Made by a program: the position numbers and the translations under genes. Positions 10,501 through 20,141 of a DNA stretch of 33,687 nt are shown here, one piece after another. The notes below the pieces were generated by a model that was not told the DNA's origin, searched no databases, and was given only the letters and a program-made list of their open reading frames with translations. The DNA comes from Planctomycetota bacterium. Lineage in GTDB: Bacteria; Planctomycetota; UBA1135. How positions within the stretch are numbered: the stretch's first letter is position 1; each line of letters starts with the position of its first letter. Location: contig JASFYO010000023.1 of NCBI GenBank assembly GCA_045047305.1, positions 1 to 33,687 on the forward strand. Direction: 5' to 3'.

Positions 10501-10598
10501 GGGATTTTACGGTAAGCTAATAAGCTAAAAAGTAGGGCGAAAATTACCGCCACAGCAATGGTGTAGGGGCGAGCAATCGCGTAGCGAATTGGATTCAA
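7512..10598 (-). CDS. RND efflux transporter permease subunit (AcrB/AcrD/AcrF family)
   Basis: 1028 aa; GASPVEVEEQITRPIE, GMVVDNAVVVLEN, ASTLTTMAVFLP, RLRPILMT motifs; two large periplasmic loops. Confidence 0.95.
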   Translation of the reverse strand: MNPIRYAIARPYTIAVAVIFALLFSLLAYRKIPVQLKPTVDQPVLSVQTTYRGASPVEVEEQITRPIEDLLQGISGLEELRSGSVEGVSTVLLRFGWGVNKDRVMVDVVNKLSQLQALPPDADEPVVSLSAPMNIEIAMWIVSESPYDANRVRQLVADEVEPLLSRVDGVSNLMIVGGEEREIRVEVDPERLVSRGVTWQELLQSLRRGYLDRRGGTVETATRQVVVRTVGREQDPAAIAKVLIRRDAEGTIRIGDVADVIDGHRELRSIVRGNGERVIAIGVNREAGANVVTMIHGVEEQLKVLNARFAARGLQLQFNPVYRDTTYLEEALEFVWSNMRLGAGLAILVLLLFLRSWRSVLVVAVSIPISLAMVFLVMEILGRTINVVSLAGLTFAAGMVVDNAVVVLENVFRHMEMGKKVRVAAEDGGREVWGGVLASTLTTMAVFLPIFGMQEEAGQLFADLAIAIAAAVGFSLVVSLTVVPTLLSLLYRGRKLKREGLAATKTPGQLMRSYSALVACLTGRSNFSLMIKAALLAIVVLLSVVAIKLVPAAGYLPNGNANMVFFFSGPIPGTRPEAMESSLRPVEDWIREQPETGKYFMVFGSQFNGGGVILKPEYANGPALDAFQAKFLPICLSAPGTRFMVPVRQSLFRDSGKQFTVEIRGSDLAVLGATAKELQAKLGTWPGVQAFGVQNDYVDGRPEFRVEVNGPRAYEAGMSVQDVASVVETALAGSIVGTWGGSGRDIDVVAVVSGERLLSLDSLKQLPLVTPLGGVTYLGSLANISRGTGPESVNRIERERGITLTVSLEPDAALQAVLEDVRANLIEPTAAALPAGYDVRLGGAADKFATTLDELTNSFWLAIVLTYLMLVSLFRSWMQPIVILVTVPLAMTGGLIGITLADRWFPGASYDLLAMLGFVILAGIVVNNAILIIHQANQFRAAGEERRLALAHAARTRLRPILMTVATTCFAMLPLAMGQGAGAELYQGLAAVILGGLVLSSLFTLLLVPALVSLGWDVQDGFTRASVR

Positions 10599-10610
10599 CG
10601 CTTGAGCCTG

Positions 10611-11777
10611 TTAAGAACCTGAAGTGGAAGAATCACGCAAGCCATCTGGCGACGGGTTACGGTGTGGTTGCAATAACAAGGAAGCATGTGGAAAAATATT
10701 GTCCGTACCAGTAACTACCACAAGGTCTCCAGCCTTCAATGCGCCCTCCTCCGCAGAAGATACCGCTACCTGAGTGCCATCGTTCGCCAAAATCAAAACA
10801 GGAACAAAACGAGCGCTTGGCGGCATGCCTTCATCAGCAACAACGACTGCCCACGCATCGCCCCAGCGCACCATGGCATCTGCCGGCACGATGGTATTCG
10901 ATTGAGCACTTCTGGTTTGCATACGGACAAGCACAAAAGCTCCAGGCAAAAGGCGCTGCTTAGGATCGGCATCAAGTCCAAGCCCAATAAGACCGGTAAA
11001 GGTGCGCGCGGCCGATTGAGTTGAGGGCAAGACAGCATCTAAGCTGGCGGTAAGACTTCCCTGCGGCAAGGATGCACTTTGGATTTCTACAGTCAGCCCT
11101 GGATGCAGGCCAAGCGCTAGGGATTGCGGAAGCTCAACCCGAACTTCTCGATGGATCAGGTCGATGAGCTCAAATACCGTCCCCCCGGGCAACGCGTAAC
11201 CGCCGAAAGTAAGGCGTCGCTTTACCAACACGCCAGTGAAAGGTGCACGCAAAGAACCTTGCTCGAGTTGCCGTTCTAATCGTTGGGTTTCCGCCGAGCG
11301 TTGTGCTTCCCGTGCAGTGCGCAAGGCAATTTCAAAACGCCATTTATCCCGTACCGAGTCCGCCGCAGCTTCGGCCATGCCTTGGTAGCGCTTAAGCTCT
11401 TGCTGAGCAAATGCACGCTGCACTTTGGCGGCTTCTTGGAGTGCGCGTGCGGCCTGCAAGTCGGCTTCCAAAACCCTATCATCTAAGCGTGCAAGCACTT
11501 GCCCAGCTTTCACATAATCCCCTTCCGCGGCAAGCACTTCCACGATACGCCCAGCGCGTTCAAATGCAAGATTGGCCTTGCGCTTGGAAGCGACATCACC
11601 AGAGAACTCGGTAATCTCCTCCACGAATCCGCCTGCGATTTCAACAAAGGTAACAGGGAAGGTATATCCACCACTCTCCACAGCATCCATGCCTGCTCCA
11701 GTGCCCGACAATTCTTTCGAACAGCCGACAAGGACAAGTCCTAGCAGAAGCAAAAATCTACCTGGCGAGGCGCTCAT
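10611..11777 (-). CDS. RND periplasmic adaptor (membrane fusion protein), lipoprotein
   Basis: Lipobox LVGC; GRIVEVLAAEGDYVKAGQVLARLD lipoyl motif; LRAPFTG; directly upstream of the RND gene. Confidence 0.92.
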   Translation of the reverse strand: MSASPGRFLLLLGLVLVGCSKELSGTGAGMDAVESGGYTFPVTFVEIAGGFVEEITEFSGDVASKRKANLAFERAGRIVEVLAAEGDYVKAGQVLARLDDRVLEADLQAARALQEAAKVQRAFAQQELKRYQGMAEAAADSVRDKWRFEIALRTAREAQRSAETQRLERQLEQGSLRAPFTGVLVKRRLTFGGYALPGGTVFELIDLIHREVRVELPQSLALGLHPGLTVEIQSASLPQGSLTASLDAVLPSTQSAARTFTGLIGLGLDADPKQRLLPGAFVLVRMQTRSAQSNTIVPADAMVRWGDAWAVVVADEGMPPSARFVPVLILANDGTQVAVSSAEEGALKAGDLVVVTGTDNIFPHASLLLQPHRNPSPDGLRDSSTSGS

Positions 11778-11816
11778 GCGCTCAGTTTAGCAGTGCCTCA
11801 TAACTAAGGCCGGAAC

Positions 11817-12344
11817 CTAATCACCGTCAAACAGGCGATCTTGAAAATACAGGCGTACCGAGCCATTGTGCTCAAATTCGGGATTCAACTCCGAGCGAAG
11901 GGCACTTAGGCGACAGCGTTGGATTAGAGCTTCCAAGCCCCCGTCGCAGTCGTTTTCCCTTGCTGGGAAAAGTGGTAAAGCTGCTCCCTCAAAGCCAACC
12001 AAAACATGGGATAAGTTTCCATACAGCATGCGTAAATCCACCAGAACTGTATCGCAATTACGCCCATCCAAACTCTGAACTTGGTAATCAAGAGAATCAC
12101 AATAAGCAAGAATCGCGGTTGCACGGCGAGCATTCCCCCGCGTGGCATAACCCTCTTTCCATTCGCTGTAATCCACAAGAAGGAGAAACCCGAACAAAAT
12201 GCCGCCGAGCAAAAATAGAAGTGGAAAGCCTCGTAACCACCGGCCGTCCTGTTTAGGAATAACCCAACAAACCTTCAATAAAATGGCGGCGCCTATAGCG
12301 GCCAGCAACAACGAGGCTAGATTGGGAACCGTGAGTGTAGGCAT
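11817..12344 (-). CDS. Hypothetical membrane protein (two N-terminal TM segments)
   Basis: 175-aa ORF filling the gap co-directionally; two hydrophobic stretches followed by a soluble Cys-containing domain. Confidence 0.6.
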   Translation of the reverse strand: MPTLTVPNLASLLLAAIGAAILLKVCWVIPKQDGRWLRGFPLLFLLGGILFGFLLLVDYSEWKEGYATRGNARRATAILAYCDSLDYQVQSLDGRNCDTVLVDLRMLYGNLSHVLVGFEGAALPLFPARENDCDGGLEALIQRCRLSALRSELNPEFEHNGSVRLYFQDRLFDGD

Positions 12345-12357
12345 GACGGATGGGAAG

Positions 12358-14613
12358 CTACTTTGCCCTGCGTGATTGCTTCATCACAAAGACGCGGTCG
12401 GACTTGGGTGTCTTGGACTCGGTACGGTCAGAATCCGGCCAATCTACGCTAACTTTCAGACGCCCCTTATAACTCCCTAATCCAAACTGAAGAATAGGCT
12501 CATCTTGGGATCCAGTACCACGCGCATTCTGCAACTGCCGCATCCAAACTTGAGGATTTTCCGTCTCTATGGTTTCAACGCGCACGGTAGCACCATTGGC
12601 AAAGGCATCCTTGCCTTTGGATTGCAACCGCAAACGAAGATAGTGATTCGCGTTTCCAGAGTTCAACAGTAGACGCACTCCATTGCTGGAGGCATAGAGT
12701 ACATCGAGAAAACCATCGCCGTTGACATCGAGCCAGGCTTGGCCCCACCCGTGAAACATGGCGGCACCAGAGCGAAAAGTGATCGCTTGGAAATGACCGC
12801 TTCCGTCATTTTGGTAAAGAGCCGAGGAGACGCCTTCGTACACACAAGTAATGGAAAGATCTAAATCGCCATCGTTATCAATGTCGATAAAGGCCGGATC
12901 GGAATGCGTCTCTTGAAAGCGAATCCCACGCTGCTGCCATTCATTTAAGAAGGTACCATCGCCTTGGTTGATGCCTAGCATGGAAAAGTTAGAGAATCCC
13001 TGACGCACAAAACGCGGGTGCGCCAGATTTGCGGAGAATAAATCCAAGTCGCCATCATTATCGATGTCGCCCCAACAAGATCCAATCGTGTGCCCAAAAT
13101 ATTGGCCATCGGCTGGCTCCCTCACACCTTTGATGCCGGATTCTGCGGATATATCATTCAAAGCACTGCCATCCCATTGCCAAAATAAATTCTCGTTCAA
13201 GCGATAATTCGAGACGAAAATTTCGGTATCGCCATCTAGGTCTAAATCGACGGGGCTGACTCCCCGCCCACAAAACGGGCCGACACGGTTCATCTTTACT
13301 TGGAGTGAAACATCTTGGAACTTTCCAGCACCCAAATTTTCTAATAACACATCGGGCTTGGCCTCACCGCCTGCTTCATAAACCGCAAAGTAAATATCGA
13401 GATCCCCATCATCATCAAAATCGACCCAGGAAACGCCTTCGGCACCTGCGGCGAGGTGGACATCTGAAAACCCGGCCTCGGCAGAAACATCCTCAAACTG
13501 AAACTTACCGCGCTTCCCTAAATTGCGATAAAGGAAAGGCTGAGGGGAAGAGGCGATAAGCAGGTCGAGGTCGCCGTCGCCATCGAAATCGCCAAACACG
13601 GCTGCCGATCCATGCTGTTTGATGCCACGTTCATCACTGACATTTACAAAGTTTCCCTTTCGATTTTCAAAAAGCCACCCACCAAAACAAAGGTCTGGAT
13701 CTCCATCTTGATCGAAGTCAGCAGCTGCGACTCGTGTTTCTTGGATACCCTCAAGCCCACTTTCTGTGGTGATGTCGCGAAAGGTCACCGCTGGCTCAGC
13801 CTCCATATCGAACAGAGGATGTCCTGCCTGAAGCGGAGTCTGTGCTAAAAAACTAGCTTGAGCTAAAGTGTTGAATGCGTGATCGGTATCAAGCTCACAC
13901 TCCAATCTAGCTATGCTTGCTTCTGCAGTAAGTGCTCCACCGACGACAGGACCATTGAATCCATGTTTTTCTTTGGCTGCGCTCCAAGAAGCAGACCACG
14001 CCTGTTGAGCCAAATCCGAAACCCGGGGATTGCTCAATCCAGCCCGCAAATAGCCATCAACATAACGCTTATCCAAGTCGGCGAGAATACTTACATCGGA
14101 AGCGGTAGTTGCCTTGGCTCTTTCTTCCGCAAAAAACGTTTCAAAGCGAAGAGCTTCTTCACCATTTTTAGTCTTAAGGGCTGCCATCAAAAGACGGCTT
14201 GCAGCGACGGTTGCATAAGGGCTCTCTGGGAATGCTTCAAAAAGCGGTAACCAACATTCCTGATTGAAGGCAGGGTCGAAATTGGCCCAACATTGTGCAT
14301 ACGTCACATTGACCACCTCCACCATGGGTGCCCCAAAACCAGGAAGGACCTGATTCAATTCGATGCCTAACGATTTCAACTTCAACAAAGTGCCAGTACT
14401 TGATGCAAAATTTTTCAGTCCCGCCTGAGCCACTGCTAAATAAGCTAAGGGCAGGACATCGTCCTTAGAAGTACCTACCTGCTTTTGCGCTAAATCTTGA
14501 AGCTCTTGCCAAGCATCTTTGCCCCGCAAGGCGGAAGCTTCCTCTGCAAAGCAAGTAGTGCCTTGTGAAAGGCCCAAGCATAGACTGGTAACTAGAAGTA
14601 AGGAAGCGAGCAC
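12358..14613 (-). CDS. Secreted CRTAC1/ASPIC-UnbV family protein (FG-GAP/VCBS repeats) with an N-terminal helical domain
   Basis: Signal peptide; repeated DxDxDGDxD Ca-binding motifs; C-terminal NHYLRLRL...ANGATVRV...GTGSQDEPILQFGLG...VDWP ASPIC/UnbV signature. Confidence 0.88.
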   Translation of the reverse strand: MLASLLLVTSLCLGLSQGTTCFAEEASALRGKDAWQELQDLAQKQVGTSKDDVLPLAYLAVAQAGLKNFASSTGTLLKLKSLGIELNQVLPGFGAPMVEVVNVTYAQCWANFDPAFNQECWLPLFEAFPESPYATVAASRLLMAALKTKNGEEALRFETFFAEERAKATTASDVSILADLDKRYVDGYLRAGLSNPRVSDLAQQAWSASWSAAKEKHGFNGPVVGGALTAEASIARLECELDTDHAFNTLAQASFLAQTPLQAGHPLFDMEAEPAVTFRDITTESGLEGIQETRVAAADFDQDGDPDLCFGGWLFENRKGNFVNVSDERGIKQHGSAAVFGDFDGDGDLDLLIASSPQPFLYRNLGKRGKFQFEDVSAEAGFSDVHLAAGAEGVSWVDFDDDGDLDIYFAVYEAGGEAKPDVLLENLGAGKFQDVSLQVKMNRVGPFCGRGVSPVDLDLDGDTEIFVSNYRLNENLFWQWDGSALNDISAESGIKGVREPADGQYFGHTIGSCWGDIDNDGDLDLFSANLAHPRFVRQGFSNFSMLGINQGDGTFLNEWQQRGIRFQETHSDPAFIDIDNDGDLDLSITCVYEGVSSALYQNDGSGHFQAITFRSGAAMFHGWGQAWLDVNGDGFLDVLYASSNGVRLLLNSGNANHYLRLRLQSKGKDAFANGATVRVETIETENPQVWMRQLQNARGTGSQDEPILQFGLGSYKGRLKVSVDWPDSDRTESKTPKSDRVFVMKQSRRAK

Positions 14614-14958
14614 ACCAGCATTCTAAACGACTTACCGCGAAGAAATTACAGTGTGGAATAGGAGCATGTCTTTACGCTTCTGCAAGCAACTTGGAGAATG
14701 AAACTTAGCTACAGTCCTCCAGCTGAGAATGCTGACCATAAAAATGTTCACTTTCATATATCTACGCTTGCAGAAAAGGGATAGCCAACCAATCGGGGAT
14801 CCATAGAAAGACCGGACTTGGATAAAAAATCTGGAAATTGGATGGCATCCATGATGCCCGAGAAAGGTAAGGGCTTAGGAATAGGGATGAACCAGAAAGC
14901 CTACGGCATCATGTCCCGCGCCTTGATCGACGAAGAGGAAGGGAATAATCCATGGATC

Positions 14959-15702
14959 TTAAAAAATTGAAATACGAATCAATCCCAGGTAGAACAAAAC
15001 CAATCCAGTTAACAAGCCACGCCCAACAGAGAAAGCACGGTATTCCACTTCAAAGCTAGCTTCCTGATCCCATGAAGTCGTGCCATATTTTTGCAGCTGA
15101 TTCATAGCATACACTTGACAGAAAATAGATAGCACGGGGATTCCCAAACCCAATCCACGCACGAGGACCTTGTAAGTTCTAGTAAATGCATCGGAGTAAG
15201 TCATCTTGCCCTCGCCGCGGTAATGGACGTGGATTCCTAAAAGCATTTTTCCCGGTGTGGTGCCAAAACTACACAGCAGCAAGGGCTCTATAAATACCAA
15301 AGCGATGAGCAAGTGAAGGACACCGGTGTAACTACCGGCATACTGGTATGCCCCAAAGTTATCGTTCATACGCTCGAAATAGTCTAAGCCCAAAAAGAGC
15401 AGAGCTATATCAATTTTACGCGCGAAAAAACGGCCCCAGGGCCGAACCGCAGACAAGGATTCCGCGCCTTGCGCTTTCGGCGCTGGCTCGCTTGGCGGCA
15501 CACTCGCTGGCGGCGTATCTCGATCCGACTTACTTTTCTTGAAAAACGAGGAGTAAGCGGAAGCCGGCTCCCAATCTTCCATCCCATCCGTCCACACTAA
15601 AGTACTAGGAGGCAAATGCTTGGCCCGAAACAGATCGGAGAGCTCTTGTTCACTGATTGGATCCGAAGTGGTTTCGTCGACTGCGTAGAACCATTCTCTC
15701 AT
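14959..15702 (-). CDS. RDD family membrane protein with an N-terminal GYF_2 (DUF4339) domain
   Basis: WFY...PIS...TLVWTDGMEDWEPA (GYF_2); RPWGRFFARKID and GTTPGKMLLGI (RDD). Confidence 0.88.
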   Translation of the reverse strand: MREWFYAVDETTSDPISEQELSDLFRAKHLPPSTLVWTDGMEDWEPASAYSSFFKKSKSDRDTPPASVPPSEPAPKAQGAESLSAVRPWGRFFARKIDIALLFLGLDYFERMNDNFGAYQYAGSYTGVLHLLIALVFIEPLLLCSFGTTPGKMLLGIHVHYRGEGKMTYSDAFTRTYKVLVRGLGLGIPVLSIFCQVYAMNQLQKYGTTSWDQEASFEVEYRAFSVGRGLLTGLVLFYLGLIRISIF

Positions 15703-16382
15703 GGCACGACTACCGCCAGCCCCTTCCGCCTTCGTCGAAGGAACGCCATGATGACAAGACCTGGAAAAAAGATTCCAATGAAGGCAGCAAGGCTCAAGGT
15801 GTAATGCAGACGACTTCTCTTAGAGGTCGCCCTCAATTGAGTCCGGGCTTCCACCAACTCCGTTTCTGAATCTTCGGTCTCTAAAAAGGCAATATGGGCT
15901 TCTTCAGACGGCTTATAGACCACAAGTTCTCCAGCATCATTCCTCCACACGACCTCGAATCCATAAACGCTGTAAAGATGGGAAGCAGCAAATTCACGGC
16001 CGAGTGCATCTCCCTCCGTAGAATGCGCATACTCAAGCAGTGGACGGTAGGAAATGGAACCCAAGGCATCGACATCGATTCCGAACACGTTGTATTCCTC
16101 CACCACTTGCACATAAACACCTTGAAGCAAGACTTGCATGGTGAACAAACCACCGGCGCCAAGCACTAACACGCTACTAAGCCGCAGAGCTCCCTGAGTT
16201 AAGCCAATCCAAATCCCAAACAATAAGGAGAGTGGTAATCCCAAGGCAATGATCCAAAAGAGTGGCCAAGAAAGATACGGGTTGCACAACCAATCAGGAA
16301 AGTATTCGGTGCATGCAAAAACAAATGCCCAGGCCAACCCAGTGACTAGGGCAGTGGATCGAGCAAAGGCGTTTTTATGCAT
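15699..16382 (-). CDS. Hypothetical multi-pass membrane protein (alternative GTG start at 16430)
   Basis: Three N-terminal and one C-terminal hydrophobic segments followed by RRRRK; stop overlaps the RDD start (ATGA). Confidence 0.65.
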   Translation of the reverse strand: MHKNAFARSTALVTGLAWAFVFACTEYFPDWLCNPYLSWPLFWIIALGLPLSLLFGIWIGLTQGALRLSSVLVLGAGGLFTMQVLLQGVYVQVVEEYNVFGIDVDALGSISYRPLLEYAHSTEGDALGREFAASHLYSVYGFEVVWRNDAGELVVYKPSEEAHIAFLETEDSETELVEARTQLRATSKRSRLHYTLSLAAFIGIFFPGLVIMAFLRRRRKGLAVVVP

Positions 16383-16429
16383 AACTTCCCCCACTATAAC
16401 CGCAGAGGAAGCGACTTCAGGAAGCGACA

Positions 16430-17728
16430 CTAGCGTGAAGTTTGACGGCGGCGATTCCCTCCGCCGCCAGTGCGTGGACCATGGCCACCACCGCCAGCGC
16501 GTGGACCGCGTTGAGTTTGGCGCTTACGGCCACCTCCACCTCCACCTCCGCCCTGATTGCGCTTTGGGGGAACAGGTCGAACGCTTGGATCCACTTCAAA
16601 TCCCGGGATGATTTGCCGCTCGATTTTACGTTTCAGAAGATCCTCAATATCGGCAAGCAACTTGCGTTCGTCGATGCATACAAGAGAAACTGCATGGCCT
16701 TCTTGACCAGCACGACCAGTGCGACCAATACGGTGAACATAGTCTTCCGAAACATTGGGCAATTCATAATTCACCACATGGGGAAGTTGCTGAATGTCCA
16801 AGCCGCGCGCAGCAATATCAGTCGCAACCAAAATGCGCACCTTGCCGGCCTTAAATTCAGCTAATGCACGTGTGCGGGCAGCTTGCGACTTATTTCCATG
16901 GATGGCGGCGGCATATAGGCCATCGGTATCCAACTGCTTAGCAAGACGATTAGCACCATGCTTGGTACGCGTGAAGACTAAAACCTGACTCCACCGCTGC
17001 ATAGTAATTAGATGGGTTAGCAACTCCCGTTTACGTGAACGGTCAACCGGGTGCACGACTTGGGTTACGGATTCAGCGGCCTTATTCCGACGTGCGACCT
17101 GCACCTCAGAAGGGTGGTTTAGAAAATCATTCGCAAGGTTCCGAATGTCATCCGAGAAGGTGGCGGAAAAGAGAAGGTTTTGACGATTACGCGGGAGTGC
17201 TTTCAACACCTTGCGAATATCCCGAATGAATCCCATGTCGAGCATGCGATCCGCCTCGTCGAGAACCAGAGTCTCTACCCGGTCCAATTGAATGGTGCCT
17301 TGCTGCATGTGATCGAGCAAACGCCCTGGGGTGGCAACCACAATATCGACACCTTTACGCAACTTATTAATCTGTGGGTTGATATTCACTCCACCAAAGA
17401 TCACCATGGAGGTAAACGGTAGGTACTTCGCGTAAATATTGACGCTTGCTTCCACTTGCGCTGCAAGCTCACGGGTCGGAACCAGAATTAAGGCTCGAAC
17501 GACAGGCTTCCTTGCCCGCGGTGGGCCTTCTTGAAGGAGCTGAAGAAGAGGTAGGGTGAAGCCAGCAGTCTTGCCAGTTCCAGTTTGCGCTCCAGCGAGG
17601 ACGTCGCCTCCAGCTAGCACCAACGGAATGGCTTCTGCCTGTACAGGGGTAGCCTGTGAATAGCCTTGATCCGCAATCGCGCGCAACAATTCTTTCGACA
17701 GGCCAAGTTCTTGAAAAGATTTTGACAT
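16430..17728 (-). CDS. rhlE: DEAD-box RNA helicase, RhlE-like
   Basis: Q motif, [43 protein letters not shown]; Gly/Arg-rich C-terminal tail. Confidence 0.9.
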   Translation of the reverse strand: MSKSFQELGLSKELLRAIADQGYSQATPVQAEAIPLVLAGGDVLAGAQTGTGKTAGFTLPLLQLLQEGPPRARKPVVRALILVPTRELAAQVEASVNIYAKYLPFTSMVIFGGVNINPQINKLRKGVDIVVATPGRLLDHMQQGTIQLDRVETLVLDEADRMLDMGFIRDIRKVLKALPRNRQNLLFSATFSDDIRNLANDFLNHPSEVQVARRNKAAESVTQVVHPVDRSRKRELLTHLITMQRWSQVLVFTRTKHGANRLAKQLDTDGLYAAAIHGNKSQAARTRALAEFKAGKVRILVATDIAARGLDIQQLPHVVNYELPNVSEDYVHRIGRTGRAGQEGHAVSLVCIDERKLLADIEDLLKRKIERQIIPGFEVDPSVRPVPPKRNQGGGGGGGGRKRQTQRGPRAGGGGHGPRTGGGGNRRRQTSR

Positions 17729-17763
17729 GGGAAGTTTGTCGGCCGAGGTTTGACGTAGGCCGA

Positions 17764-18534
17764 TTACGTCTTTGGACCGCGCATTATATCGTCAAATGGA
17801 AGTTGCGGCGATGAAAAGTTTTTCTGCAACCAATTCACTACATGTTGCGCCATTTGCCCAGCTGCAGCATCGCTAAATATATGGTCCGCCCCGCGCAAAG
17901 TAATCAACTCTCGGGTACCTCGATGATTCGCTTCCAAGGCCACACTTTCCTCTAGATGTACTACCGAATCAACGTCTCCATGAATGAGCAACCAAGGGAT
18001 GTGGATAGAAGTAGCCGTGTCCTGCAATGACTTCAACTGCACCATATCATCAAGGAAAATCTGCGATAGCGGGCACTCAGGTTTTCCCCACATGCAGTCC
18101 TTACCGGGAGTGAGTTCACCAAACTTGCGGCGAGAGAATTCAGCGGTATGCACCATGCCGGCTAAGGAGACGAGACCCTGCAAACGCTCATCTTCGGCGG
18201 CCACCATCACGCCGACGGCAGCACCCATCGAGTGCCCTACATAAATCACGCTGCAGTCGTGTACTGCATCTAAAATCGCTCTTAAGTCACCAGCGCCTTT
18301 GCTTGGGCATGATTCCTCAAAGCTTCCTTCTGAATTCCCGTTCCCTGAAAAAGAGAAGCGAAGGGAGGCAAACCCGGCCTCCATCAATGCCTGAGAGAGA
18401 GTCAGCGCCCATTCCCGATCCTTATTCGCGGTAACACCGTGTCCAATCACGACCAAAGTGCGGGCACCCTTTATTCCAGGAGCAAAGCTGTAATCCAACG
18501 CCTCGCCCTGTGGATTCTGAATGACTCCAAACAT
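17764..18534 (-). CDS. Alpha/beta-fold hydrolase (esterase-like)
   Basis: HG oxyanion segment, FSGNGNSEG, nucleophile elbow GHSMG, HGDVD acid and GADH catalytic His. Confidence 0.88.
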   Translation of the reverse strand: MFGVIQNPQGEALDYSFAPGIKGARTLVVIGHGVTANKDREWALTLSQALMEAGFASLRFSFSGNGNSEGSFEESCPSKGAGDLRAILDAVHDCSVIYVGHSMGAAVGVMVAAEDERLQGLVSLAGMVHTAEFSRRKFGELTPGKDCMWGKPECPLSQIFLDDMVQLKSLQDTATSIHIPWLLIHGDVDSVVHLEESVALEANHRGTRELITLRGADHIFSDAAAGQMAQHVVNWLQKNFSSPQLPFDDIMRGPKT

Positions 18535-19640
18535 TAGTGGAACTGGATTACGGAGCGAATGCCATCTTGTCGATGCATGAGATCAAAACCATGATTCACC
18601 TCATCTAAGGTGATGCGATGCGAAACAAAGCCGTCAAGATCAAGTTCACCGGACAAATAGAGGTCTACAAGTTGGGGCACATGGGTGCGGCCCTTCGCCC
18701 CACCAAAACTTCCGCCTTGAACCGTGCGTCCGGTAATGAGAAAGCGTGGAGTGATTTTCATTTGCTCGCCCTTACCGGCAACACCAAGCATCGTCGCGAT
18801 GCCCCATCCCATGCGTGCAGCCTCAACCGCTTGGCCCATCACATCTACGATTCCGGTAGCTTCGAAGGTGTAATCCGCGCCGAAACCTTGAGTTTGATCT
18901 AAAACCTCTTGCACCGCATGGGCTCCGCCATCAAAGACGTGGGTAGCGCCAAACTTTTTCGACAACTCACGTCGTTCTGCGCTTGGGTCAATCACCATGA
19001 TCTTTTCTGCTCCACGCAATTTTGCGCCGGCAACAGCACCAAGACCAACCATGCCAGCACCAAAAACAGCAACGCTGGAGCCAACCTCGACCTTGGCCTT
19101 CCACAATGCTGCTGCGATTCCCGTAGTTGCACCACAGGCGAGCAAGCAAATGGCATCGAAGTTGGCATCGCGATTCACTTTAGCTAATGACACTTCAGGT
19201 ATCACGGTGTACTCAGCAAAGGTGCTGGTGCCCATAAAATGCCGCAAGGGGCCCGCTGCGCGGGAAAGGCGGGAGGTGCCGTCAGGTAGAAAACCAAGAC
19301 CTTGCTGCTCACGTACGGCCAAACACAAATTAGTCTTGCCGCTCAGACAGTGCAGGCACTGCCCACATTCCGCGGAGAAAAGTGTCACTACATGATCCCC
19401 TACGGCCACACTATGGACACCTTCACCAATCTCGGCAACGATTCCAGCGCCTTCATGTCCGAGTACACAATCGCAATAGCCACTTGGGTCGGCGCCACTT
19501 GCAGTGTATAAATCAGTATGACAAACCCCACAAGACTTAATCTTGACTAAGACTTCTCCGGCTTTGGGCGCTGCAAGTTCAACCTCTTGCACCACCAAGG
19601 GCTTGCCGAACTCTTCCAAAATTGCTGCTCTCATTTTCAT
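18534..19640 (-). CDS. Zn-dependent alcohol dehydrogenase, class III (S-hydroxymethyl-thiol dehydrogenase)-like
   Basis: GVCHTD, GHEGAG, structural Zn CGQCLHC...NLC, HFMGTSTFAEYTV, GAGMVG Rossmann motif. Confidence 0.88.
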   Translation of the reverse strand: MKMRAAILEEFGKPLVVQEVELAAPKAGEVLVKIKSCGVCHTDLYTASGADPSGYCDCVLGHEGAGIVAEIGEGVHSVAVGDHVVTLFSAECGQCLHCLSGKTNLCLAVREQQGLGFLPDGTSRLSRAAGPLRHFMGTSTFAEYTVIPEVSLAKVNRDANFDAICLLACGATTGIAAALWKAKVEVGSSVAVFGAGMVGLGAVAGAKLRGAEKIMVIDPSAERRELSKKFGATHVFDGGAHAVQEVLDQTQGFGADYTFEATGIVDVMGQAVEAARMGWGIATMLGVAGKGEQMKITPRFLITGRTVQGGSFGGAKGRTHVPQLVDLYLSGELDLDGFVSHRITLDEVNHGFDLMHRQDGIRSVIQFH

Positions 19641-19654
19641 GCGTCACATCCTCT

Positions 19655-19891
19655 CTAGTAATTAAATAGAGCATCCATCGAGAATTTCTCGCCAACAGCA
19701 AATTGCAGGGCGATTAATACCTTTGCTTTGCTGTTTTTGGTCAAACGGCGCCCCTTACAGGCACGTGCAACCGTCTTGTGCGTCAGCTGCGTTGGGGAAG
19801 CTGAAACCAAACTTTGAGCATTCAAATCATGCGTTTTCATTAACGCGATTAATGGCTGTGGTCCTAGATTACGATCAATTTCTTCATTCAT
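19655..19891 (-). CDS. Small basic hypothetical protein, possibly helix-turn-helix
   Basis: 78-aa ORF overlapping the upstream gene end and lying 14 nt before the ADH start; QLTHKTVARACKGRRLT resembles an HTH recognition helix. Confidence 0.65.
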   Translation of the reverse strand: MNEEIDRNLGPQPLIALMKTHDLNAQSLVSASPTQLTHKTVARACKGRRLTKNSKAKVLIALQFAVGEKFSMDALFNY

Positions 19892-20120
19892 CCTTTGGCT
19901 CTCCCAAAAAACATTTCTTACAGGTCAATTGAGTCCCCAGGTGCTCTTGGCGCCCTGCCGCGGATGTGACCCAGTCACGCTCCATGAACGGCGGGTGATG
20001 ACGTACATGCTGGAGATGCCCACAAGCCAACTTCGCTACCCAATGCTGTTCAGCATCGAGGCGAAATCCAACAATGGATTGGCTCACACTCTCTCCGGAG
20101 ACTCGACTTGGATCAACCAT
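19884..20120 (-). CDS. DUF3565 family protein
   Basis: IVGFRLDAEQHWVAKLACGHLQHVRHHPPF...WV...G..L.CKKC matches the DUF3565 pattern. Confidence 0.82.
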   Translation of the reverse strand: MVDPSRVSGESVSQSIVGFRLDAEQHWVAKLACGHLQHVRHHPPFMERDWVTSAAGRQEHLGTQLTCKKCFLGEPKDE

Positions 20121-20141
20121 GGAGCAGAAGTCTAACAGGCA

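Noticed and set aside
7512..11777. RND/MFP pair without an outer-membrane channel and with DN/NN in the proton-relay helices
   Set aside because: TolC-like partners are often encoded elsewhere, and the VVDNA/VVNNA pattern is common in this RND subgroup
16440..16560. GGAGGT/GGCGGT short tandem repeats and a duplicated GGTCCACGC
   Set aside because: They encode the ordinary Gly/Arg-rich tail of RhlE-type helicases; not a CRISPR or mobile repeat
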